Below are positions 38,972-50,722 of a stretch of 64,000 nucleotides of DNA, one piece after another. Numbering within the stretch: the stretch's first letter is position 1; each line of letters begins with the position of its first letter. The position numbers and the translations under genes are program-made. The DNA comes from Takakia lepidozioides (taxonomy: Eukaryota > Plantae > Bryophyta): NCBI GenBank assembly GCA_030704615.1, contig CM060734.1:14694001-14758000 (forward strand). The letters are read 5' to 3'. The notes under the pieces are model-generated. The model saw only the letters and a list, made by a program, of their open reading frames with translations, ran no database searches and was not told where the DNA came from.

Positions 38972-40620
38972 AGTGTGCGGCACCGCACACTGTTTGTGCC
39001 CCTTTTCTTTGCTTGTTTTTTATGTGAAAATGCTCCACTCCAGGAGTGTCTTGCAGGTATCAAACACACCTAATTTGAAGCACCAAACAGTCTGCGGCAC
39101 CGCACACTGTTTGTGCCCCGCTTCTTTTTCTTTTTTTAATGTCAAAATGTACCACACCAGCAGTGTCTGCCAGCTATCAAACACACCTAATTCGAGCACC
39201 AAACAGTGTGCGGCACCGCACATTGTTTGTGCCCCTCTTTTTTGCCAATTTTTGATGTCCAAATGTACCACACCAGGAGTGTCTGTCAAGTATCAAACAC
39301 ACCTAAATGGAAGCACGAAACAGTGTGCGGCACCGCACACTGTTTGTGCCCTTCTTCTTTGCCAATTTTTTATGTCAAAATGTACCACACTAGGAGTGTC
39401 TGTCATGTATCAAACACACCTAAATGGAAGCACAAAACAGTGTGCGGCACCGTACACTGTTTGTGCACCTCTTTTTTGCCAATTTTTGATGTCCAAATGT
39501 ACCACACCAGGAGTGTCCGTCAGGTATCAAACACACCTAAATGGAAGCACGAAATAGTGTGCGGCACCGCACACTGTTTGTGCTCCTCTTCTTTGCCAAT
39601 TTTTTATGTCCAAATGTACCACACCAGGAGTGTCTGTCATATATCAAACACACCTAAATGGAAGCACAATACAATTTGTGCCTATCTTCTTTGCTTGTTT
39701 TTTATGTGAAAATGCTCCACTCTAGGAGTGTCTTGCAGGTATCAAACACACCTAATTTGAAGCACCAAACAGTGTGCGGCACCGCACACTGTTTGTGCCC
39801 CTCTCCTTTGTTTTTTGTTTTATGTCAAAATGTACCACACTAGCAGTGTCTGCCAGGTATCAAACACACCTAATTCGAAGCACCAAACAGTGTGCGGCAC
39901 CGCACATTGTTTGTGCCCTCTTTTTTGCCAATTTTTGATGTCCAAATGTACCACACCAGGAGTGTCTGTCAGCTATCAAACAAACCTAAATGGAAGCACG
40001 AAACAGTGTGCGGCACCGCACACTGTTTGTGCCCCTCTTCTTTTGCCAATTTTTTATGTCAAAATGTACGACACTAGGAGTGTCTGTCATGTATCAAACA
40101 CACCTAAATGGAAGCACGAAACAGTGTGCGGCACCGTACACTGTTTGCGGACCTCTTTTTTGCCAATTTTTGAAGTCCAAATGTACCACACCAGGAGTGT
40201 CTGTCAGGTCAAAACACACTAAATGGAAGCACGAAACAGTGTGCGGCACCGCACACTGTTTGTGCCCCTCTTCTTTGCGAATTTTTGATGTCAAAATGTA
40301 CCACACCAGGACTGTCTGTCATATATCAAACACACCTAAATGGAAGCACGAAACAATGTGCGGCACCGCACACTGTTTGTGCCCCTCTTTTTTGCTTGTT
40401 TTTTATGTCAAAATGTACCACACCAGATGTGTCTGTCAGGTATCAAACACCATTGAATGGAAGCACAAAACAGTGTGCGGCACCGCACACTGTTTGTGCC
40501 CCTCTTCTTTTCTTGTTTTTGATGTGAAAATGCTCCACTCCAGGTGTGTCTTGCAGGTATCAAACACACCTAATTTGAAGTACCAAACAGTGTGCGGCAC
40601 CGCACACTGTTTGTGCCCCC
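38972..40620. repeat. Type-1 tandem array, about 117-bp unit, about 14 copies, each with the palindrome AAACAGTGTGCGG-CA-CCGCACACTGTTT
   Basis: Directly visible; 13-bp arms around a 2-bp centre; spacers are highly similar to each other. Confidence 0.95.
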
Positions 40621-40724
40621 CCCCCCCCCCCATTCAGGTGTATGTATTTGCACTGTAGCCCCCAGATCCTCTGTTTCATCCAGCGACCTCTTTCTACAAG
40701 GCTTCAATAATATGGCAATGCTAG

Positions 40725-42325
40725 CTTAATACAGTGTGCGGCACCACACACTGTTCGAGCCCGTCATCATTGGTCTTTAAGTCTTCGAAATGCAGGGCTA
40801 CACTGACACTGAAATGTCAGCACTTCAATTGATGAAAAGAACCATAATGGAAGCATGAAATAGTGTGCGGCACCGCACATTGTGTGGGGCCCCCTGAAAC
40901 AATCGTATTTGCTGGAAAGTAGGCCCCCAGCTCCTCTGTTTGAGTCCAATCACCTCTCTTTATCCCCTTTGAGTCGTATATAAATGCATGATGGAAACAG
41001 GGCTTGAAAGGGTGTGTAAAGGAGGCTAGAATCTGGGGAAAATGCCAGCTCAAAACACTGTGCGGTGTCGCACACTGTTAGTGCTCCTCTGAAACGATCT
41101 CTTTTGGTTGAAAATGCATCCCTTCTGCTAAGTGAAGATGTTTAGAATGAGGGCAAAATGGCATCACAAAACAGTGTGCGGCACCGCACACTGTTTGGGC
41201 TCCCTTGGAACGATCTCTTTTGGTTGAAAGTGGATCCCTTCTGTTAAGTGAAGATGTGTCGAATTAGGGAAAAAAGACATCACAAAATTGTGTGCGACAC
41301 CGCACACTGTTTGGGCTCCCCTAGAACGATATCTTTTGGTTGAAAATCTATCCCTTCTTCTAAGTGAAAATGTGTAGAATGAGGGAAAAATGGCATCACA
41401 ATACAGTGTGCGGCACCGCACACTGTTTGGGCTCCCCTGGATCGATATTTTTTGATTGAGAATCTATCCCATCAGGTGTGTAAAGCAAGCTAGAATCTGG
41501 GCAAAATGGCGGAATGAAACGCTGTGCGGCATCACACACTGTTTGTGCCCCCCAGGAACGATCTATTTTGGTTTAAAAGGGTTCCATTGTGGTGTGTATA
41601 AAAACAGGCTAGAATCCGGGAAAAATGGTAGCACGAAACAGTGTGTGGCACCGCACACTGTTTGTGCCCCCCAGGAAAGATCTCTTTTGGTTTAAAAGGT
41701 GTCCATTGTGGTGTGTAAAGCAGGCTAGAATCAGGAAAAAATGGCAGCACAAAACCGTGTGCGGCACCACACACTGTTTGTGCCCCCCAGGAATAATCTC
41801 TTTTGGTTGAAAATGTGTCCCTTGTGCTATTTGAAAATGTCTAGAATCCGGGAAAAATGGCATCACGAAACAGTGTGCGGCACCGCACACTGTTCAAGAT
41901 CCCCTGGAATGATTTCTTTTGCTTGGTAAGGTGTCCATTCCCCTGTGTGAGGCAGGCTACACTGAGTGCAAAATGGCATCACGAAACAGTGTGCGGCACC
42001 GCACACTGTTTCTGCCCCCTTGGAAGTCTCTCTTTTGGTTGGAACTTTGGATCTTCATGCGTTTTTATCAGGCTTCAAATGGCAGCTTCAAACAGTGTGC
42101 GGCACCGCACACTGTTTCAGCCCCTTTGTATTTTATTCACCCAACTCTGTCTGTCAGGCTTCAATCAACTTGTAAGCAATGAAGAGTCACTTTGGGGTAC
42201 AGTTTTTGAAACCCCTGTCAAGTGTTCTTTTTTTGTTTGGAATAAACCCATTCAGTTGTCTCTCTTGCTTCAAACAGAGACAAATGAAAGCAAGAAACAA
42301 AGTGCGGCACCGCACACTGTTTTGC
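40725..42325. repeat. Type-2 array: the same palindrome, about 116-117 bp period in 41050-42010, with different and more divergent spacers
   Basis: About 13 copies; further copies at about 51901, 53813 and 53908. Confidence 0.92.
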
Positions 42326-44547
42326 CCCTCTCTTCATTTGGGGGTTGTCAAGTTATTTTACCACTAGTGTGAAGTTAGCTAGGAAATAGCTAGCTTTTAT
42401 ATATTGACATTTGGGATTGACCCAAGTGTCAATCCAGGGGCCAATATATGTTTGGGCACCTGGCGTTGTTATCTTCACGACAAATCACGGTGGGCTCATC
42501 TTTCTCGAGTTGAGCGTCACCGCGTCTAGCTATGCGCTGTAAGTGTCCCCATGGCGTGGGGTGCACTTGGCTCGACTTAATATATGAGTGATGTTTTCAT
42601 GTACAAGTATGTGAGTTTGAGAGAGCTTGTGTGCTTGTATCATTCTTTTTTTTTTCACTCAAGAAAGATCAGCTCGAGTCTGTGAGTGCCAGGTTTGAGT
42701 TAGTTGTAGCACTTGTGTTTTCAGATCATGAGAAGCGGTTCAGCCTAGAGTGCAGGGATCCGTGCATGAGCCTATCCAAAGCGGATAGAGTGCAAAGGCG
42801 AACAGGATGCAGGTTTGCAATGGATAGAGAGGCGGGTAGCCTATGTTGAAGAACGGCGTTGCATAGCTCAACGCTATGGCAACCAAGTTTGGGCTTCTAG
42901 TGTGAAGCGGAGGAGACGCTGGCCACGAGTGGGCGAACTGGTGGTCGTCTTCTTCAGCTGCAGGCCGAGTTAAGGAGCTGCAGGAATGTGGGCTACGCAT
43001 GGGAAGCTAGCGTGTTGCAGGTTGGAGATGATATGATCAGCTCCAGGTAATTCTGCCCGAAACTACTAGTTGCGAGTAGATGAGGAGCAGCCGAATAGTG
43101 GAGCTACAAGGGGATGCATCGCAACCTGTTGGGAGCTTCAAGTCCAAGCTCATGAAGAGGTATAAGTGAAGAGAGGGGGCTGGTCCCTCTTGTGTGCAAA
43201 TCAGTCACTTGTGAAGCATGTGCTGAGTTGGAGTTTCAATCTGAAACTCAGCAGTGTAAGGGCTCCTGGAGTGGCAAGAGCGGGGCTGGAAGGGCAGCAA
43301 CGAGGCGCCCTAGAGCCAGGGGATATGCATGAGAAGTGCAGGTGCACCAAGTTTGTAAAGGTGTGTATTTTCAGATTCGTTTTTGTGAGCTTCATGAAGA
43401 AATGGAGCTTGTTGGGCAGCATATTGCTTGCTTGTTAAGTTTAGGGTGCCTCTGGTGGGTCGTGAGAGCCCAAGAGAGCATGGCAGCAGGTCTGGAGGCT
43501 TCGCAAAAGCCATAGCTCAGCGGCAGCAGGTGCTGGAGCAAACCCAGCTTGGGGAGAGCTCGGGAACGCGTGGGAACGCTCGGGAACGCATGGGAACTCA
43601 TTGGTAGTTCTAGGGAACGCAGGGAACAGTGGCCGTGATGGGCCGTGGGGGTGGTATCATGAGATACCATGAGCCCAGGCCGTGACTATTGACCGTGACC
43701 GTTGACCGTGACCGTGGGAAGCAGTGGTGCGGACACCACGGGTGGGCACGGTGACCAGATCGTGGGGATGGCGGGCCGTGAAGGCTCGTGGGCGTGGTAC
43801 CACGGGGTATCACGGAGCAGCCCATGGCCAACAAGTGCCTAGGGCGGGCCGTGAGGAGTCGTGGCAGTTAGAGCCACGGAAGGCCGCGAACAGGCAGAGT
43901 GAAAAAAAATAAAAAAATAAAAAAAATAAAAAATGGTTTGAGGAGTGTCTACAGGATGCTCTCATGGTCATGCAAGTGAGAGAAGAGAGGAAAAAAGAGG
44001 GTGTTGGGATGAGAGCGTGCTGGGGATAGGCATTGCTTTAGCTTCTCTTCCTCGTAGCTTTCCACCTTCTCTGTAGGCCGAGACCTTTCCGTAGGTGGAG
44101 GCAAGAGTCAGTCCGGGTTTGGGTTGGTTGCAGGCGACACTGTGGAGTTGTTTTTGGTGTGGGGGAGTTGTTGTTTTCATTCTTGTGTTTGGATCCCCTC
44201 CACACCTGCATGCTTGATAGTGCGCCATGCTAGTTTTGTGTGGGCGCTTGATTTTATAGGTGGTTGATTCAGGCTCGATCGCCGATCCAACCCTAGAGCA
44301 TGTTGTCGATGGAGAGGCTGGGTTGATGACCAGTCAGACCATCTTTGTTTCACCTGTGGTGAGGTTGGAGGTGATGACCAGCCAACCATGGGAGTGCCTG
44401 CGGTGGATGCAGGTGCAGGTCCAGGCTATGTTAGGAACCTAGTATTCCAAACCATAAGCCGCATCAGGTTCTCTACCTGGATACCTTATGGAGAGGGGAT
44501 TAGAGACATGTTCATGACCGGTTGAGTGACATTTTGTCAACACGGAG

Positions 44548-47230
44548 GTGCCACTAGTTGCTGGGGAAAGTGCCAATACGAGCACTAACGATACTAGCGG
44601 GTATACGAGACGAGGTGTGCGGTTTAGGCCACCTTCACCTCCCGTGTCTTCTACGGAAGGTTCTGATTTGGATTGTGAATCAGGAGGACTCACACCGGCG
44701 GTGCAAGTTGTTTCATTGCCATTGTTGTGGGACACAATGGAGGAGATGTATGGAGCCACCAAGGGGCCACGAAGGTACTCTGGGGCGGTGAACACCATTG
44801 AGTTGGATGATTTTATCCAAGAGTTTGATAGTTGATGTGACTTGCAGCAAATGCGCAATCCACAACTGTTTACGCCTTTCATGGCATGGAAGGGGCTGTT
44901 TCAGCACCTTGAGGGGCCGCCCATGGATGATTACCATGAGTTTAGGTGGGGGCACGATGTTGAGATCGAGGAGTGGAGGATATAGTGGTCACCCGACTAT
45001 GTCTCCATCACTAGAAGCATTAGAGGCACAAGGGCAGTAGCCACACCGGCAGCTGTAGCTGCAACAACAGCTTCCACGAGCAGTAGTGGGACTAGTGGTA
45101 CAACAACTACGACGTCCACCCAAGCTACTGCTGCACCAGCACCAGTGGCCATGCCTGCCTTCAACCCTGTTGTGGAGTTCTTCGAAGAGTTGAGAAGGAA
45201 CTACCAAGGGGTGAGGACAGAGAAGTTGAGGAGCTTGCAAGAGTTCCAGAGGAAGCCTACTGAGAGCTTGAGGGAGGCTCTCACTCGCATGAGGCGCTTG
45301 ATTAATGTAACCCAAGGGGTTACGAAAGCTCAGGCAGTCCAATTCTGGTACAGGATATTGGACAAGGAGCTGAGGAGAAGGGTGCGGGATGCAACTCTCC
45401 TACGAACGGCTCAACCCACCTTAATAAATGTGTTTTTGCTAGCACAGCGGATAGAACTCAACATGGTGGAGGAACGAGTGGTCATGGTGGGATTTGCTAA
45501 GGAGGCACCACGGGGTAGTGGTGCTCCTAGCCAGCCACTATCTCAACGTGCTCAAGGCAACAAGGGGGCTCAGGTGAAGCCCAGGAAAGGACAGAGAGGA
45601 CCTCAGATGCAGGGGTCACTCCCTTCATTTGCAAGCCAACAACGGGCAGATGTGGTGTGCTAGACATGTGGAGGACCCCATGTCAAGAAGGATTGCCCAG
45701 AGGGAGGCAATGGTTTGGCACCGGCACAGCCTGCACAGTTGCAGTGTGGGCATTGTGGCAAGTACGGGCATGGAGAAGCCCAGTGCTATGGTTTGCATCC
45801 TGAGTTGCGCCCAGGCCAGTTCCAAGGGAACAATGCTGGCCGGGGGCGAGGTGGAGCAGCCCAGAGAGAACGAGGTGGCCAGGCGCAAGGTGCAGGCCAA
45901 GAGCAAGCTCAACATGGCCAAGGACGCGGAGGTCAGGGTGTTGACCAAGGCATGGCCAACCGGCTTCAGCAGCTAGAGCATAGGCTCGCTGCCATGGCCA
46001 CAGCTCAGGTGGTACCGACTCCAAGGCCGGATGGTCCACCTCCTGTTCCTGAGGGAGGAGACATGAGAGGCATGGGATTCATGTGCGGGGCAGCACTACC
46101 ACTAGTGAGGGGTGTCACTACCACTACCACTAGTGAGGGGTGCCATTACCACTACCACTGTGGGTGGGGCACCACTACAACTAGTGCCGGGCAGCACTAC
46201 CACTACCACTACCACTATGTGTGGGGCAGGACTACCACCGGTGCAAGTGGAGTCAGCTGCGGCAATGACTCGAGGAGCAGCACAAGTTCCTGAGCCACGG
46301 GGTGCGGAGATGGAGTTGGATCCACAGCGTGGGGAGGCAAGCCGTCAGGCCAGGTTTCCTCGATCATTCACATTGGCGGAGACAGTGTTGACGCCGTCCA
46401 TGGCACCTAGTTCTCGCCCGACTGTTACCGAGGTGGAGGTTACTATACCATTGGGGAGAGCTACACGGGCAGCACCACTACCTAGTGTTGCCAAGGCTAC
46501 GGCAACTAGTGTGCTGCTGGGGACGGCCACATTTGTGTGTCAGGCTCCATTGTTCTCGACTACCATGATTGCAACGCCGGGGGTAAGACCAGCTGAGGTG
46601 TTCAGGCTGGCAGCAACATTCTGTGAGAGTGGGGAGATAACTTCATCTTCTGCGGAGATAGTGGGAGGTGTAGTACCGGAGGGATCCTCGGATTTGAGGG
46701 TCAAGACTGCCATGGTGGCGCCATGGCAAGCTGCAGCTGCCAGGTTGATGGAGCTGCTAGCTAGGCCAGCCATTGAGTGCGCCATGGTGACACCTGGAGT
46801 TGTCATGTTAGACAACTAGGATGGCAGTTTCTATTTGAGTGGACTAGCAGGCAAGAGGTACCGGCCACTGCGGGTCTTGTTGGACTCGGGAGCTCAGCCA
46901 TTGATGTTGGGCAGAGCTGTTATTGCAGGCTTGGGCCTCACGGAGGCGGATATAGAGCCGTGCCCTTTCTAGATACAGACATCTCTAGGAGGATCAGAGC
47001 AGGCTTGGGGCATGACATGGCGTGAGTTGGCTATTAGACTGCAGCCGAATCATGCTACAAACGGCTCAGTGATGAGAGCCAAGGCCATTGTGACAGACGC
47101 GGTCTCGTACGATGTCCTTGTTGGTGGGGCAATGTTGTACCCCATGGGCTTCACCCTAGATTTTTGGGAGGAGTCAGCTTCCTATAGGCCTAGATGGCAG
47201 TCAGGGGAGAGCCGGCATGTGCAGCTCCTT
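44548..47230 (+). pseudogene. gag with two zinc knuckles and aspartic protease (copy 2)
   Basis: RRYSGAVNTIELDDFIQEFD, NPVVEFFEELRRNYQG, C*TCGGPHVKKDC, CGHCGKYGHGEAQC, protease LRVLLDSGAQPLMLG...YDVLVG; several stops. Confidence 0.85.
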
Positions 47231-47590
47231 GTGACGTTTATAGGAGGAGTTGCGGTTGCCCAACGAGGCAAGATGCCGACACTGGCAGCATTCACAGCTC
47301 CAGTGCCTTGGCTTGGAGAATTATTGGATGACAACACTCATTCAGAGGATGTGTTACCTCCGGGAGAGCAGGATGACATGCATGGTATGGCGGAGTTGCC
47401 TGCCATGGTTGCTCATACTCCATTGTGGGGCTCGAGCAAGGATTTGAAGTGGGTTGCTGATCGACGGGTGCAACAAGCCTGGGTAGAGGCTTTTGTACCG
47501 TCAGGAGAGGAGGACAGTGCGGGGATTGCACCAGGACCACCTCAGTTGTCACCATTGGACACCACACCGATCGTGTGGCAGTGTCCAAAT

Positions 47591-48545
47591 GAAGGCATTT
47601 GCCTTCTGGACTTGTTTGGCGGGATCAACACCGGATTGGCTGCTGTGCTACAGGTAAGTGTATGGGTACGGCGTTACTTGTATGTGGAGAAGGATGAGAC
47701 TGCATGATGCATCTCACTCCGTCATGTTGCTCAGTTTGTGCAGCAGTACCCTGAGTTGTTGCCGGTGTGTGCGGTTCGTGGATATCATCAGGCCTTGCCA
47801 GCAGACATTTCGTTGCTGGGGGCGCAGGATTTGGAGCGGGTTGGCTCTATTGATCTGGTAGTGGCAGGTTGGCCCTGCCAAGGGCATTCATTAGTCGGGC
47901 ATGGCAATGGATTGCGAGACTCGAGATCGGGTCTGTTTTGGGAAATGATGCGGGTTTTGCGCCACTTACAGCTTCATCAAGCTGTATCTCCAGCATACAT
48001 CTTGGAGAATGTGCCACTGATGGACAATTCTCGGGCCAGGGTGATGGCCAGTGTGTATCAAGTCTAGTTGTGGCTTGGATCAGCAGTGTTGCTAGATGCA
48101 GTTGCAGTGGGATCACGGACTCATCGTCCACGGCTATGGTGGACTAACTTGATGCCACCCGCACTGCTCAAGCGTGCATTTGATGGGATGCAGCGGCCAG
48201 CACACCTCATAGTGGATAACATTTTGGACACAGGGAGGCAGTCTTAGCGTGTGAGACACGATGACCGTTCGCCTTTGGTAGTGGTCAACAAGATAGGTCA
48301 ACCACAAGCAGCACTACCTACACTGCTTAGCTTCCCAGGATCACATGCTTTCCGGGATAGTGGAGCTGGCCTCCTGTGGGATGCTCAGCTGCAGCAGTTA
48401 GTGGAGCCTAATGCCGACGAGCGAGAGCGGGCTATGGGTTTTTCCACTGGGACCATGGCGGTGTCTTCTCTTTCTGAGGCATCACGTCGTCAGGTGTTGG
48501 GGCAAACGATGGATCTCAATTGCTTGACCTGGATTATCAGCTTGG
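47591..48545 (+). pseudogene. DNMT3-like C5 cytosine methyltransferase domain (copy 2), all main motifs present, in-frame stops
   Basis: I LLDLFGGINTG; II YLYVEKDE; IV DLVVAGWPCQGHS...GLRDSRSGLFWEMMRVL; VI YILENV; VIII THRPRLWWTNL; IX ERERAMGF; X RRQVLGQTMD. Confidence 0.93.
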
Positions 48546-49265
48546 CTATGGTTGAGCAACGTAGAGTGCGGAGTGCACTTCCCCTGACAGTCTCTCTGCC
48601 TATCAAGACGGTACAGGCAGTGAGTGGGGGCGAGCCGATGAGGACCACGGGGTGTAGACATCCATGGCACACGTGGGAGGTGCTCGAGGTTCAAAGGGAG
48701 TTGGCAGCCAAGGCGGCTATGATGGATGAGGTTGGGGATTCTTTTCGGGTCGAGGAGGTCCTCAAGGATGAGATGATGGGGCAGGATGAGGCCTTATCAT
48801 TGACTGAGCAGGCAGGGAGTACTACTCATGAGGTTGCGGCATAGCAACCACGGGACACGTCTCCTACCTCTAAGTCTGCTGGACTTAAGGTTGCAGTTAC
48901 GAAGGACAATTGGGAGCCTAACATTGGAGCCATTGTCACTGGAGGAGAGAGACGACGTATACGGCGGTTCCTGAGGGCTTACAGGAATTGCTTTGCCTCT
49001 CGTGCTACGGTGGAGGAGCATGAGAGACATGTTCAGGTTGTGCATCGACTGGGTTTGGTCAATAGGGATACGGATGGATTGAATTGCAATCCATGCACGA
49101 GCCAGCAGGATGACACAGGAGCTCTGTGGCATGGTGAGACGGACGAGGAGATGGTGCCGGGATGGCATGCATCTGCCTTTTTGTGTATCTTGGCATCGGG
49201 AGGTCAGGTTGGACCTACAACAGGGATGACTGTAGACGGAGTGTCTGAGGACCCTGAGGCTAGAG

Positions 49266-50722
49266 ATGAGCCAGGTGGTGCCAGAGATATACATGAGGAT
49301 TCGGTTGTGTGTGGACTACCTCTGCACTGGAGACACGGCAGCTAGTGTGACTGCCAAGGAGAGGGATCGGATCCTGCAACGAGCCAAGAGGTTCAAGTGG
49401 GAGGGGATACACCTGCTTCGAGTGTGGGAGGATGGTCGGGTGAGGATCGTGCCTCACCCAACACAACGTGCACGGTTAGTGCGGCATGCCCATGAGGAGT
49501 TGGGGCATTTTGGAGTGCGACGCACTCATAGTCTACTGCAGGGGCAATATTGGTGGCGTGGTATGCACACAGAGGTGCAACAATTTGTGGCTAGGTGCAT
49601 TGTGTATGACAGGGTGCGTGCTTCATTCAACGCCCCTACACCACAGTTGCATCCTTTACCCATCATGGGATTGGGCTACAGGTGGAGTCTTGACTTCGCA
49701 GGGCCGTTACCACTGACAATGCGCCACCACAGATATGTGTTGGTGATGGTGGAGCACTTCTCCAAGTGGATTGAGTTGGTTCCATTGCCTGACAAAGCTA
49801 GTGAGGGGGCTGCGTATGCATTCCAGGATCGTGTGCTTAGCCGCTTCGGTGCTCCAGTTGAGGTACTCACGAACCAAGGGAGAGAGTTCTTGGGGGAGTT
49901 TCAGGCTTTGTGTGATAAAGCCTTGATAGACCACCGTACCACTTCTCGGGATCATCGTGAGGCCGATGGCTTGGCAGAGAGAGTGGTGCAGACAGTGAAG
50001 AGGGGTTTGCGCAAGTATGGCTTGCAAAAGAGACACCTAGGAGATTGGGATCTTCAGGTACCTTGGTTAGCCATGGGCTACAGGTTTAGCAACCAAGCAT
50101 CACTTGCCTCCTTCTCACCATATTTCCTTCTCTTTGGCCGAGAGCCAGATTTGCCTGCGTCTATTCACAGGGAGGCTGCAATAGTCCTCAACCTTGATGA
50201 TCCGGATGTGTGGACACAAGCATGTGCCCAGCGGGCAGAGTTGTTCAAGAGGGTCATGCCTATGGCTTTTGAGAACCTTGCTATTGCCCAACACCGAGAC
50301 ACATTGAGGTATGCTACTATACGTGGAGGGGGATATCGGCCAGGTGTTCGGCGTTTCCACCCTGGGGACTATGTGTATCTGCAGCAGACAACGCCTACGA
50401 CCTTGGATGTCACAGCAGGACGTGTGATTCTAAGGGTCAGGGAGGTGTTGCCTTCAGGAGTGTTGATTATGGAGGGTTGAGATGGCATGGTATGGAAGGA
50501 CCATGTGCGCCATGTCACCTTCCACATGTGGATGGGATGATAGATCCCAACCTTGCAGTGGTACCTGCAGGGTTGCGTTGCATGCTATGTGAGCATGCTC
50601 ATGGTGCCACCACTATGCTGGTGTATGATCGATGCTCAAGAGGTTGGCACATGGGATGCTTGACACCACCTCTTGAGAGGGTTCCCGATGGAGATTGGTT
50701 ATGTCCACACTGCTTGGGATAG
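49266..50722 (+). pseudogene. DDE integrase with C-terminal PHD finger (50579-50713)
   Basis: HAHEELGHFG, DFAGPLP, TNQGREF, DGLAERVVQTVK, SPYFLLFGREP, FHPGDYVY; PHD CMLC...YDRCSRGWHMGCLTPPLERVPDGDWLCPHC. Confidence 0.9.

Noticed and set aside
38972-42325. CRISPR array (palindromic repeats with regular spacing)
   Set aside because: Spacers are about 90 bp and homologous to each other, there are no cas genes, and the context is eukaryotic.
38964-42372. Repetitive Cys/His-rich ORFs (TVCGTAHCLC etc.)
   Set aside because: They are translations of the tandem array in several frames on both strands, with no sign of codon-level constraint.
47591-48545. Host DNMT gene or bacterial restriction-modification contamination
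   Set aside because: It is intronless, embedded in pol in both copies, decays with the element, and has no partner nuclease.
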